Part shown: piece after piece, positions 29,241 to 42,660 of the stretch
Layout: every line of letters begins with the position of its first letter
How positions within the stretch are numbered: position 1 is the first letter of the stretch
Assembly (NCBI RefSeq): GCF_009834535.1
Contig: NC_045697.1
Span: 104,100,001-104,164,000 of the forward strand
Source of the DNA: Camelus ferus
Taxonomy: Eukaryota
DNA: 64,000 nucleotides
Reading direction: 5' to 3'
Translations under genes and position numbers: made by a program
The notes under the pieces: model-generated
What the model was told of the DNA's origin: nothing
Database searches by the model: none
What the model saw: the letters and a program-made list of their open reading frames with translations, nothing else

Positions 29241-30479
29241 TCTGAAAATGTATTTCTGAAAATCTTGGAATCACTCATTTTTCTTCCCTTCTTTCTCATC
29301 ATGTTAAGAATTTACCATCTTTAGTACTTCTGTGTGGTCATTTCAAATGCAGGAAGAAAATGTGTTTAGCCATCCATCTTCATCTTGGAGTGGAAAAAGC
29401 TCTAATCTAAACTTTTGAGACAAATCCCTTGTTCTATTTCTCTGGCTACTTTGGTTGCAGGATAAGAGATTGTTTCAGACAAGCTTAAGAGGATTTTATG
29501 GAAATATGAATCAGGATTTATAGAATAATTGCATCCTTAAGAGACGAACCCAGAGGGAGGTTCTAGACCCATAGTAGTAAGGCGTCTAGAGGAACCTAGA
29601 AATCTGATCTCTGATGTATGTCTGACTCATTTCCTTTCTAGCTTATTCATTCTTTCCTTCTATGAATCATTTTTTTTCTATCTCATTGTTTCTGCTTCTT
29701 TATAACATTAGATTGCCTTTGTCAAACTACTTAACCTCCCTAAGCCTTGGTCTCTGGGAGTAATAACAACTCTTCACAAGTTTATTGTGAGGATCACTTA
29801 AAACACAGACCAGTACACAGTATTAATTTAATATATTTTACCCATTACTATTTTTGCCTGAAATAAAACCTAGCTAAGAGATGCAATATTTGTGTCAAGC
29901 TGTCTATATACCCTTCTCAGTGTTCATTAGGTGGGCAAAGTTCTATTATGTTGCTCTGTTTTTCTTATACAAAGTCATGGGATAACTTTCTTTTCGAATT
30001 TAGTATCAGGAAAAAGTTTGTCTCTCTTGAAGAACTGCTATGTTCCCTTTCATCAGCTAATGAGAATTCTATCGTCCATCACAGCTCCCTTTTTGCCCAG
30101 TCTGCCCAGTTCAGAGTGAAATTTCTTGAGGAAAACTGTATTAACTCTAGTGGGGAGCATATTGACATACTTCTTTAGTTGCCTTTCATTTTCTATATAT
30201 AATCTGATAGCTATGTAATATAAAATGTTAACTTTAAGTTTCTTCAGTCCTCTTGAGAATGAAAGTTAGCAAGAAATAAAAGTTATTTTATGTAAGTCAG
30301 AAGAATCTTACAGGAGAATGAAACCGTTTTCAAAGAACTCTAAGTCTAGAGCAGAGTCCTTTCCTTATGGCAATTCACAGTAAGAAGGACGTTTTACATT
30401 GCAATTCAGTACATGCACATATATATTTCATATATGTATCTATGTGAGACAACAGTTTAAAAGCACTAATACTCAAAAT

Positions 30480-30705
30480 ATTCTAACCTCTTTATAAATA
30501 TTAACTCAATTAATCCTCATAACTGTTTCATGACCCAGGCCCTATTATCAATATCCCTAGTTTTTCAGATGAGAAAACTGAAGTATACAAAGGTTAAGCA
30601 ACTTGGCCAAAGTTGACTAGTTACTTCGTTGGTAAAAGTAGAGGTGGGATTTGAGTCCAAGGAGTTGGGTTTCAAAACCTGTGCTCTACTTCATTATACC
30701 TGGCA
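30480..30705 (-). mobile_element. MIR SINE
   Basis: tttcagatgagaaaactgaag...aggttaagcaacttggccaaag...gggatttgagtcca. Confidence 0.7.
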
Positions 30706-31454
30706 GCCCCCTCTGTGCAGTGCACCCATTTCTATTTTATTTTACTACAATCTCTTTCGTATTTTAAATGATGGTCATGATCTCCAAACTGATGGGTAAC
30801 CACTACTCACTAAGGAATCACAATCTATAGTTTTTTTGTATTTTTCAACATTAATCAAGAAGAAAAAAAAATCCTAGATGTATGTGATTATCAATGGCTA
30901 TTAAGGGAGTTTAAACAGAAACTCTGGACCCTACCATGTGGGTAAGGATGGATCAAGAGAGGCCTCACAGAGCAAGAAACAGTTAAGCTGAGGCTGGAAG
31001 AGAAGTTTACCAAGTACACAAGGTATGGGGGAAGGATAAGGGCATTTCAGGCAGAGCAAATGTACAAGGCTACAAAGGGGTAAAAGATCACCATTCATCA
31101 AATACAGTTCATCAGCTGCATCAGTCTCTGTGAACTGAACCCTGTATGAGTACTGAGGATGCACACATGAGCAAAGCAGCCCTGGCTCCAGCCCTCCTGA
31201 AGCTTTAGTCTAGTAGAGGAAACCAACTAGCAGTGACAATGCAGTGTGGTAAGTGCCATGATGGGTGGGGTTCTGGGTATTACAGGGTGTTACAGTAGCA
31301 AGGTTATCTAATATAACTGAGCCATTTAAGAGTGAGTAAGAATTAGGCATGAAATAGTAAGGGGAAAAGCATTCTAGGCCAAGGAGATGGGAATACACTA
31401 AAGCTGGGAGACGAAAGAGAGCATTGTCTAATGAAGACCTGAGTAACTTCAGAG

Positions 31455-31705
31455 ACAAAATGGTATAATGGTTAAAGAATTGGCTCTGGGACCAGATTGC
31501 CTATATTCAAATTCTTGCTCTTCTACTTATTAGCTGTGTGAACATGGGCAAGTTAGTTAATATCTCTGTGCTTCAATTTCCTTAACTGTATATACAACTG
31601 ACAAAGATTTTTCTAGGAGTAAATGAATCAATACATGTAAGGCACTTAGAATGATGTCTGAAATATAGTAAGTGTTCAACAAATATTAGACATTATTATT
31701 ATTTT
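31455..31705 (+). mobile_element. MIR SINE
   Basis: tggttaaagaattggctctgg...ttcaaattcttgctct...ctctgtgcttcaatttcc...tagtaagtgttcaacaaatattag. Confidence 0.75.
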
Positions 31706-33559
31706 GACAAAGAATACATTTCAAAGAAGGAATGGAGATTACATTGGCAGAAGTGTAGTTGGCTTAGTTTAAAAATATTGATTTAATGCCTACTAGGTGC
31801 TAGATGATATTATAGATACTGGAGACCAAACAGTAAACAAGACATTAGTTGGGTACTCAAGTCAGTTCAGAAGGCGTTGTCAGCTTTGACTACTGCCTTT
31901 ACTCACTCTCCACATTCATTCTATCGGTAACCTCCAACCCCCCATCACCAAAATATATTCTAAATCAGACCATTTCTCAACATTTCCACATCTACCCTGG
32001 TCAAGCCCCCATTATCTCTGTCGGGCTGCTGCCTACGCAAATATCCACAGAGCAGCCTGAGTGATCCTTTTAAAATGAAATTACATCATGTAATTTCCCT
32101 GCTTAAAATGCTCTGATGATTTCACAATATGTCTAGAATAAAATTTAAGCTCTTCAAAATGAGTTTGACTAAATAACTTCTGATCCTTTAGAAATAATGC
32201 GAACATAATGAAAAAAAATTAAAGAGCAAAAGAAGCTTGGAAAGATGTTTTCTCATTGATACCTAAGGGTTTTGGAAGACATTATAGTAGTTAATTATGA
32301 TAATGAGGAGCAATCAATTATATTATGGCACCCCTATTAGGACAGTTACAACATATTACTAACTGGAGAAAAAGTAGCTTAATAACTCTAAGAAGAGTAC
32401 CATTCCAATTTTGAAAACAAACAAAAATAAATTAATACATTCATTTAATTAATTAAAAAACTGAGGTGATCCACATTGTTGACTTTCCAAACAACCAAAA
32501 ATTTTAAATACAAAAACCTAGAATGAAACCAAAAATAGCAATTAAAACATATTACTAAGCTTTTCTAAACTGTATTTCTCATTTTCCTGCCATATGAAAC
32601 AGAGTAAGGTGAACAAAACAATACTTTCTTACCACATTTCAATTATTTAATTCCAACACAACGTAAACGTGTTGAAAAGGGTCCCTGTAGAGCCTAGTCA
32701 ATAACTGTCCTTCCAAGCCATGTTCCCCAAAAGTTTGACCTTTTAACAGAGGCCAACTCTTTATCTTCCTTCAAATCTACTGTCATTTCAGTATGTTAGC
32801 TTCCTCCTTACAGTTTTGATTCAACGAAGTTGTAAAAACAAGGTTTCCACAGAAAACAATATAGCCAAGCTTGTTAAGTAGGAAAATCTAATTTTTTATA
32901 CATTTCTAGGTCAATTGACTTGTCTAAAGATGGATCCACATTTCTCTTGATGTTAAAATGGAAGGCTATTTTTCCAGAGCTTTTCCATTTATGTCAACAG
33001 TTTGCATACATATCCCGATGTTGATTAGCCTAAATCTAATATCTAAATAAATAGGGTATCTCTGTAATTATCATTATAAAGGAACTGTCAAGTTTTGTCC
33101 AGGGTATGAATTACGATGAAGAGGACCTATTCTTCAATATCTGAGTTTTCTAGCAATATATGATTTTGCTTAGTGTGCTTCCACATTAGCTTGAATAAAA
33201 GTGCTTAAAATGCATAGAAAGATTTTTATATAGTGGTATGTAGAAAATTGGGATTAACAGTTAAATCACAGAGTCTGAGGAGATATACATATAATACACA
33301 CACACACACATACATACATACAGACAAATACTCTATATCAATATGTAAAAGTATGTATATTTGTAAACACATGCTTCCAGATGAAAGAACAGAGTATTTA
33401 AAATGATCTCAAAAACTCATCCCAATACAAAGTTGTGAAAGTTTCCAAATAATCTAATTAAAAATAATCAAGAAAAAATATTTCCTACAAATATATTTAT
33501 TCTTATTTCTTATAACTAGACATTGATTTTTTTTTATTTCAAAAGAGTATGATAATGAA

Positions 33560-36500
33560 GAGGATTTGGGGAAAATGGCGGAGTAAGAAGCACCTGGAAG
33601 CTGTCTCCCAGCCTAGACAACAACTGCAGTCTGATGTAACTATCTTGGAACTCTGGAGTCTATTGAAGTCTTCCAACTTACAGGGGAAGGCTTGGACAGT
33701 AAACTGTGGTTAACTTTGCTGAATTTCAACTCTTAGCCCACCAGCACCTACTCATCCCCACCACCCGTCTCCATCATAGGCATCCATCTTATTGTTCCTG
33801 GACCAGCTTTCAAACAATTTGCAGGATCCAGGGTAGATGAGAAGGACCCTGTCCTCCAAATACTGGGGCTCTGTTTTCTAATTGTTGATTGTTGCTTCTG
33901 ATCATGGAGAGACAGACATGGGGGTGGGAGCAGCCATTGTTGCACACAGACTCCCATTCTTATAAGCCCATTCTTCAGGACTAAAGCAACTTGCAGGGGA
34001 TTCAAAGGGACGATGCCTCTCTAGCACCGTTCCTCCACTTTTCATTTTTTTTTTTTCTCACCTTTTGAGAACCAGTCATTAAACATTAGGACATTTGAAA
34101 GCCACTGGTATATAGGGGAAATTAGAAAGTCACCACACACGCCCAAGGGAAGGCACAGGCTCAGAAAAGACCTGAGAAGACCTTAATTTTCACTTCAGGT
34201 TGATCCTCATAAGAGGATCAGAAACAGCTTACAACACTAAAACAAAACAAAATAAAACAAAAACAAAAAGCAGCAAACCCTGAGAAAGGAAAAGGAGCTG
34301 ATTACCAGAGTTGCCACATTAATAGATTCAAATGTCTAATTTTCAACAAAAACTTACAAGGCATACAAAAATAACAAAAAAACAAAAAAACAAACCCCAT
34401 GAAAGTATGGTCCATTGAAGGGAAAAAAATAAAGCAACTGAAGCCATCCCTGAGAAAGACCAGACGGCAGATCTGCTGGAGAAAGCTCTTAAAATAAGTG
34501 TCTTATAGATGCTAGAAGAACTAAAGGAAGATAAAAAAAGAAGTCAAGAAAAAGATGTATGAACTAAATGGAAATAGCAATAAACAGAAAGAAAACATAG
34601 GAAGGAAGGAAGGAAAAGAGAGAGAGGTGAGTAGAAAGATTATTTAAAGAAAAATGGCAAAATTTCCCGAATTTTATAAACATTATGAATATAAAAATTA
34701 GAGAAGTTTGACAAACTGTAGGTAGGAAAATTCAAAGAAATCTACACTCAGACACATTATAATCAAACTCCCAAAGGCAAAGACAAAGAGTGAACCTTGA
34801 AAGTGGAGGCAGAGAAGAAATTCATCACAAACACAGGATTATTTATAAGCAGATTTCTCACCAGAAACTTTGAAGGCCAGAAAGAAGGATCTTTTATATT
34901 TCAAAATGCTAAAAGAGAAAAACTGTCAACCAATAATCCTACATCTGGCAAAACTGTCCTTCAAAAGTGAGGGAGAAATTAAGACATTCTTGGATAAACA
35001 AAAGCTGAGGAAGTTTCTTTCTATGGGAACTTCCTTGCAGCAAATGCTAAAAGGAGCCCCGCAGGTTGAAACAAAAGGACACTAGACAGTAACTAGAAGT
35101 CATATGAAGAAATCAAGGTCTCTGTAAAGGTAAACACACAGTCAATTATAAAAGCTAGAATTTTTGTAACAATAGTTGGTAACTTTGTATTTTGTTTTCT
35201 ACATAACTTAAGAAATTAAAACACTTATAAAAATAATTATTCTAAGAACTAGTATTATTATCACTTTGATTTGTAATTCCTATTTTGTTTTCTACATAAT
35301 TTAGGATACTGCATTAAAAAACAATTATTAATGTATGTGTGGGAGCAAGGGATATGTGGGAAATCTGTATACCTTCCCTTCAATTTTGCTGTGAACCTAA
35401 AACTAAAAAAGTTGTCTTTCAACAACAAAAATTATTAATGTTTTTTTAACACAAAATTTATAAATATGTAATTTTGTGACATCAATAATCAAAAGTGGTA
35501 GGGATGGAGCTGTCAAGGAGCAAAGGTTTTGTACATCAGTGAAGTTAAGCTAGTATAAATTCAAAACAGAGCAGTATAACTTTAGGATGTCAGATGTAAT
35601 CCTCATGGTAACTACAAAGAAAATAGTTATAGAATATACACAAAAGGAAATGAGAAGGGAATTTAAATGTTTCACAACAAAAAAAAATCAGCTAAACATA
35701 AAAGAAGACAGTAATGCAGAAAATGAGGGAAAAAAAGCTATAAGGCATATAAAAAACAAATAGCAAATGACAGAAGTAAGTTCCTCCTTAGTAGTAATTA
35801 CTTTAAATGTAAGTGGATTACACTCTCCAATCAAAAGACAGAGACAGGTAGAATGAATTTAAAAAAACATGGTCTAACAATGTGCTGTCTACAAGAAATT
35901 CACTTTACATCCAAAGACACAAATAGGTTGAAAGTGAAAAGATGGGAAAAGCTATTCTGTGCAAATAGTAACAGAAAGAGAGCAGAGATGGTTATATTAA
36001 TATCAGACAAAATAGATTTGAAATCAAAAATGTTTATGAGATAAAGAAGGACACAATACATTATAACAGGTGATAAAGAAGAACACAATATATTAATGAC
36101 ATTTTCAATACAGCAAGAAAATATAACCACCATAAACATTCATGCATTTAGTAACAGACCATCAAAATAAATAAAGCAAAAATGGACAGAATTGAAGGAA
36201 GAAATAGACAGTTCACCATGATAGCTGTAGATTTCAATACCTGACTCTCAATAATGGACAGAACAACCAAACGGAAGATAAGTGAGGAAATGGAGGACTT
36301 GACAACACAATAAGCCAACTGGATATAACAGACATATACAGAACACTCTACCCAGCAACTAGCAGAATACACAATCTTCCCAAAGACACATAGGACATTT
36401 TCCAAGGTAGACCATGTATTAGGCCACAAATTAAGTCTCAACTGATTTTAAAAGATATATATCATACAAAGTATCTTCTCTGGCCACAACTGGATGAAGT

Positions 36501-37810
36501 TAGAAGTCAGTAAGGGAGGGAAAATCAGAAAATTCACATATTTGTGGAAATTAGATAACGCAATCAATGGATCAATAAAGAAATCACAAGAGAAATTAGA
36601 AAATACTTAGAGATGAATGAAAATGAAAACACAACATAGCAAAACTTATGGAATGCAGTGAAAGCAGTTCTAAAGGGGAAATTTATAACTAGCAATGCTT
36701 AAATTTTACAAACAAAAAAGATCTCAAAAAAACTTTAAAAACAAAAAAGATCTCAAAATCAACACTCTAAACTAATAATTTAATGAATTAGAAAAAGAAC
36801 AAACTAAACCCAAAGCTTGCAGAAGGGAAAAATAAAGGTTAGGAGAGAGATAAATGAAATAAAGGATAGGAAAACAATACTAAAAACTCAATAAAACCAA
36901 AAGTTGATTCTTTGAAAAGGTCAACAAAATTGAAAAATCTTTAGCTAGATTAACTAAGGAAAAAGAAGAGAAGACTCAAATTACTAAAATCAGAGATGAA
37001 AATGGGGATATTACTACCAATTCTACAGAGATAAAAAGGATTCTAAGAGAGCACTATATACAACTCTGTATAACAAACTGGATAACCTAGATGAAATGGA
37101 CAAATTCCTAGAAACAAAACCTACCAAGACTGAATTGTGAAGAAATAATTAACCTGAATTGGCCTATAGTTAGTAAAGATGATGAACCAGTAATATGAAA
37201 TCTCCCAACAAAGAAAAGCCCTAGATCTGATGGCTTTACCAGCAGATTCTATCAAAAATTTAAAGGACTAACACCAACCCTTCTCAAACTTATCCAAAAA
37301 TTGTAAAGGAGGGAACATGTCCTAACTCATTCCTAACTCATTGCCTTAATACCAAAGCCAGACAAAGACACCACAAGGAAAGAAAACTACAGTTTCAATA
37401 TCCCTTATGAACACTGATTCAACAAAATATGAGTGAACTAAATCCAGCAGCATATTAAGAGGATTATACACTGTGGCTAAATGGAATGCAAGAATATTTC
37501 AATATACTAAAATTGATTGATGTAATACATCATATGAACGAATGAAAATAGAATTATCAAATTATTTAGCAATTCCACCATTCAGTAAACCTGAAAGGAA
37601 TTGAAAACCGGGACTTGAAGAGATATTTCTACACCCACATTCACAGCAACGTTATTCATAATAGGGAAAACATGGAAGCAACCCAAGTGTTCATCAAGAG
37701 ACAAATGGATAAGCAAAATGTGGTATATACATACAATGGAATATTGTTTAGCCTTAAAAAGGAAGGAAATTGTTATATATGCTACAACATGGAAGAACCC
37801 CAAGGACACT
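33560..37810 (+). mobile_element. Decayed L1 with 5'UTR, ORF1, inter-ORF and internally deleted ORF2
   Basis: 5' end ggggaaaatggcggagtaagaagc. ORF1 C-terminus (LKEKNCQPIILHLAKLSFKSEGEIKTF, stop 35085). ORF2 ATG 35767 MTEVSSSLVVITLNVSGLHSPIKRQ, CCLQEIHF motif. Many stops and frameshifts. Confidence 0.92.
35335..35429 (+). mobile_element. Short L1MC-like 3' end nested in the long L1
   Basis: gggatatgtgggaaatctgtatacc...ttttgctgtgaacctaaaact flanked by 12-bp direct repeat AATTATTAATGT (35323-35334 and 35430-35441). Confidence 0.7.
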
Positions 37811-38815
37811 GAATACCTTAGAAAAGCAAGAGTACTTGTGAGCCCATACTGATTTGCTTTAAGAACTGAGAAGATGACATTGTTTATTATAACATCTTCT
37901 TTTTCCAACATAGAAAACAGAATAGGGTATGGATATGAGTCAGGGGGATAATTTTTATATGATTGTAGCAATATCAGTATTTTGAGGATAATTTTTAACT
38001 ATAATGGAGAATGGAAAAGGGTCATATTAGTTTTGGTTCTTCCCACATACGCTTTTCTTGATACAGACAGAACACAATATCAGAAACAAAACTCAACATG
38101 ATAAAAACGTCTTGCTCCTTGAATTACAGGTGATGTGGCTGGGTCATTGTTCATCTCACTGACTTTTGGTTCCAACTGATTCACCTTCTGTGGTACCTGG
38201 GTGCTTATTCCCCTTTGTCATTTTGCTCTTCGTTACTAAATTTTCCAAATGATTATTAAATAAAATGCCATTGTGTACGTCCAGGTTTATGAGCTATTGT
38301 AGGAAGAGTCATATTCTCTGGCTATATTCTATACATTTCTAAAACAGTAGGTTTGTACTTAAAGCAATCTTATAGTAATCATAAGTTTAAGCAATTTTTA
38401 GACATTTAAAAAAACTGAAATAGCTGATGAGATAGCTGAGCATAATGCAAATTATGTTGCTTAATACAACATAAACAATTTCTGAAAAGTTTGCTGTAAG
38501 TTGAAATTTTTTTTAACAGCCCCCTCATTGGTTAGCATTACTAAGTTTGAAATGTATCTCTTATTAAAAACTTTGTCTTTTAAACACGAAGAAAAATAAT
38601 ACCCAGTACAAAGTAAAATGTGGAACTACACATATTTAAGGGAAATAATATTACTACATAAATCAACACTTAAAGTTAATGCAAAATAATTAGGTAATTT
38701 ATATTATTAGTAAATGCTTTAAAAGCCAAAGAAAAATGATCAATGATAGCTAAAGTGAAGACTGTCTACATGTGTTTCATATAGAGAATCTCTTTCAATT
38801 TCAATGGGAATTTCC

Positions 38816-38851
<36 letters not shown>

Positions 38852-38852
38852 C
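38816..38852. repeat. (TAT)n microsatellite
   Basis: About 12 perfect TAT units. Confidence 0.95.
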
Positions 38853-41029
38853 ATCTGCAAATAGTTGTGGAAATCAAAGATTATCAAAGTTAGGTAACCT
38901 GCAAAAGATTACACAGGCATTAATAGCAATAGCAAATTTCCAGCTGAGGAAGAAATCAGCTCCCCTAAGAGCCAGAGCTGCAATGTCATGACTCCTATGC
39001 TTTTCTCTGACAAAGATTTTTTAAAGTCTATTTAGAACTGCTACATTTAAACACCAGATGTGAAAATAATATTTTAAACAAAACTTTTAAAGGACAGAGA
39101 GACATAAATGCCTAAGAAATTGGCATTTCTGTGGTCTGTTGACCTTTGACATCTTTCCTCCTTTTTTTTTTATTGATTTAGATTTGGTTTCAGTGTAAAT
39201 TTGAGATCATTTTTGCATCTAGTAAACAATTTTTTAACGTTCCTTTCAACTGCATTTTTCTTCAATTCCCAAATTTTAAACTTTATTGACATCAATATTC
39301 CTTTTAAATAAAATATGGTTAAAACCCTCTTTCCTTTCCTAGTTTCACATCCTAGAGACCTGCTGTGGAAGACAGTACTAGAATAAAAATAAGTAAATAA
39401 ATAAAGAAAAATAAAAAGGAGTGGCATCCCCTACTATTTCCATCTGTATTCTCTGTTGCTTTTTTATTTTTATTTTTTAGCATTCAGGAGAAGGTAAAGT
39501 ATAGTTGTCTCTCTATAACACCAAATCCTTGTCTCTTTTTCTTGAATCAGGAAGAAGATCTTAAAACCCAATTTGCTACCTAGAAGGAAAGAGGGTCACC
39601 TTCCTTTCCTTCTCTTTCTTGCCTATTCCTATTAGTCAGATAACCATTTATTTGGCAAGTGGCATCTTCAGAAAGTTTAATTTGCAAACCTCTGAAAAGA
39701 ATTTGACTGATTACAGAGGAGCAAAATGTTTTGAAGAGAAAACATAATACTATCACAAAATTAACCAAAAGTAAACAAAATGAGAGAAGCAGAGGAAAAA
39801 CTCAACTAAAGGGGCCTAAATTTCCATGATGTTATCATGAAATATTATATCCTGAGTAAACATCTTCATCTTGTTACATAGATTTTGAGGGCCTGACCAT
39901 TGTGCAAATCCAGATGCTAATTTTGCACATAATAAATATCTTGGTAGTTTGTAAAGGCACCTTTGGAAGATAATTTTGGAATACGTTCAAGATGAAAACC
40001 TAAGATTGGGAAAATGCTGATTTACTTTAACTGAGTTATAATACAATTTAAAATGAGGCGGGAGAGAAAGGCTTTAAAAGATATGAAAATAGATGGCTCT
40101 CTGTTTCTTTATAATCCAAACTCGTTGAACATGGTAACTGATAGTCCTATTTGCCACTGTGCTGACAAAGTGACAGTAAACATCAACTGGTGATGCTTGA
40201 AAGATACTCTAAAAGAAATCAGTATCTTAGGGATGTACGCAATTTTGAACTAAAGCTATTCTTCCATATAACAGAACTTGATATCTGAAGCAGAAAATAA
40301 TATTGAGCAGATTAACATTCTCTGTCCCCTGATAATTTTGTTTATTTGTAGCCTCATACATAGCTAAAGCTGTAAAAACTGCCCCCTAGAAAAGTTTATT
40401 TGAATATATAAATGACACTTTTATTACCTAGCTACTCAAAGCAATTATGATATGATAATAAGTGATACTTCAAGTCCTTCAAAAAGAACCACATTCTGAT
40501 AATATAATACAGAATAAAAAAACGAAAGAAATACAATGTGATCTTCTTTAGTTGTTAAAGATCAGTTAAATACTATTAATGAACTATGTAAAGGCTTATC
40601 TAAAAACGTCAAATTATCAGTGTCAAATATATTGTATGTTAGTACAATATGCTTAAAAAATAGCTATTAGGCACAGCAATAATCTGATCACTTAAAAAGT
40701 AATGAAGCATACTAGAATTCCATCTGTAAATGTAAATGGTAAAAAACTCAGAAGCTGTTTTCCTTTGAAACATTTTCCCCATTCCAAAGTAAAATGATCC
40801 CTCATCGCTTGGATTTGGACATTCCAGTAACAACTACTTTAGCTTGTCCTGTGCTCAATTACTCATTTAAATTTTATACTCCTACTCGTAAACATAAAAC
40901 ACTTTTGAGGAGTTAAACTTCCTCAACACATAGTCAAACCAGCTACCTACAACACTGAACTAAAAATATTATAACCAAAGAATATTCAAAGCAGGATGCC
41001 TATTTCATGGTGTTAATAAACTAACATTT

Positions 41030-42660
41030 ACTCTTCACTCATTTATTCATTTGACACCTAGTTACTGAGCTCCGCCCATGTGCCAGGCCCTGTTTAAGCC
41101 CTGGGGATACAGTGGCATACACACAGACACAGTCTTGTTCCCGTGGAGCGTGCATTCCACTAGGGATGAAAACAGTCCACATACAAACTCTGAACACAAG
41201 ATGAGGACCAGATGACAGGAGAAATACACCCAGCTGATTTGATTGGGAATGAGTGTGGGTGGGGTGAGAGCTACTCAATTATGGGGTCAGGGAATGGTAG
41301 ACCAAGGAGGTCACATTCAAGGTGACACCTGCGTAACAAGAAGTATTAGCAATAAGGCTACACTGAGAGGAGTGAGTAGTGGGGAGAATGGTGAGATAAG
41401 GTCAGAGAGGTCAGCAAAGTCCAAACCATATAGGACTTTAGGCCATGATGAAATCTTTAAAGCTTATCATAAGAATAATGGGAAGCTCTTGGAGGTGAGT
41501 GTCCCCATGATCTGAGTTTTAAAAGATCACTCTGGTGGCTGAATTTGGTGGAATTCAAGGGGATATGAGAAGAGCAATTAGGAGACTATTCTAGCGATCT
41601 TGGTGAGAGATGATGGTGGCTATGCAATGAACAGAAGTAGCTGAACACAAGACATATTTTGGAATTATATCTGATAGGACATATTGATGGATTAGATGGG
41701 AAAGTAGTGGTGAAGGCAAGGTGAAACTCAAGGCTGCCTTGGTACCATTTACGGAAATAAGGGAAGACTAGGGGAGGAATATTAGAAGGCAGTAGAGTGA
41801 GGGGCAAGAGAGGTAAAGCGAGAGTCCACTTTGGGGCCATATCAACCTTGGAATGTCTATTATGTATCCAAGTAAATACGTCAAGGAGGCAATTGGATAT
41901 AAGTTTGAAGCTTAATGGAGAGGTCAGGGCTGGATTTCTAAATGTGATAGTCATCAGGTACTGATAATATTTAAAGCTATAAGACTGGATCCAAATAATG
42001 TAGCTGGAGTAGCAGCTCAAAGACCCACCCCTAGGATGACCTACCACCGAGAGTTTGAAAAAAGAAAACCAGCCAGCAAAGGAGACTAAGGCAGCATAGT
42101 CAAAGAGTTTGGAGAAAAACCATAGAACATGGCATCCTGGAAGCCACAAGCACAGAAGGTTCAACAAGAAAGTGTTCAATTCCATCAAATAATGTGAAAA
42201 CATCAAGCAAGATGAGGACAGAAACATGACCATTAGGTGTGGTAAAAATGGAGAACATTGGTCACAGTAAACAGATTTCAGTGAGTGCTGGGTCTGGAAA
42301 CCTATTTAGAGTTAATTGAGGTAGGGATGGGATGTGGAAATATTGCAACAGGGCTTCTGGTTACTGTGAAGGGTAGAGGAAAACAGAATAGAATCTGGAG
42401 GAGGATAAGAAGTCAAGAGAAATACTAGAGTAGATACAAATGCTAGAGAGACTGATCCAACGGAAGAGAAATTGATGATGTTGAAATAAAACATGCTTAA
42501 CTGCTGGAGAAAGTCTTGAAACAAGGAAGATGGGATGGTATCCAGAACACAAGTGGATACAACACCCATAGATAAGAACAGGAACTCTCCACCCACTGCA
42601 ATCGGAGGAATGTCACGGAGTGTGAGTTTACATATAAGTAGGTTGGTATATTTTGGAGTA
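41030..42660 (-). mobile_element. Long L2 remnant
   Basis: L2 3' end antisense (cactcatttattcatt...actgagc...tgtgccaggccctg) followed by about 1.5 kb of purine-rich L2 body. Confidence 0.8.

Noticed and set aside
2500..37810. Strand bias of intronic L1s against TTC29
   Set aside because: Both orientations occur and the count is too small to mean anything.
34870..37812. Several ORFs with endonuclease or ORF1 similarity
   Set aside because: Broken fragments of one dead L1, not genes or an active element.
41586..42233. Longest ORF in the track (215 aa, minus)
   Set aside because: Lies wholly inside a decayed L2, is Leu/Ser/Phe-rich, and has no recognisable domain or splice context.
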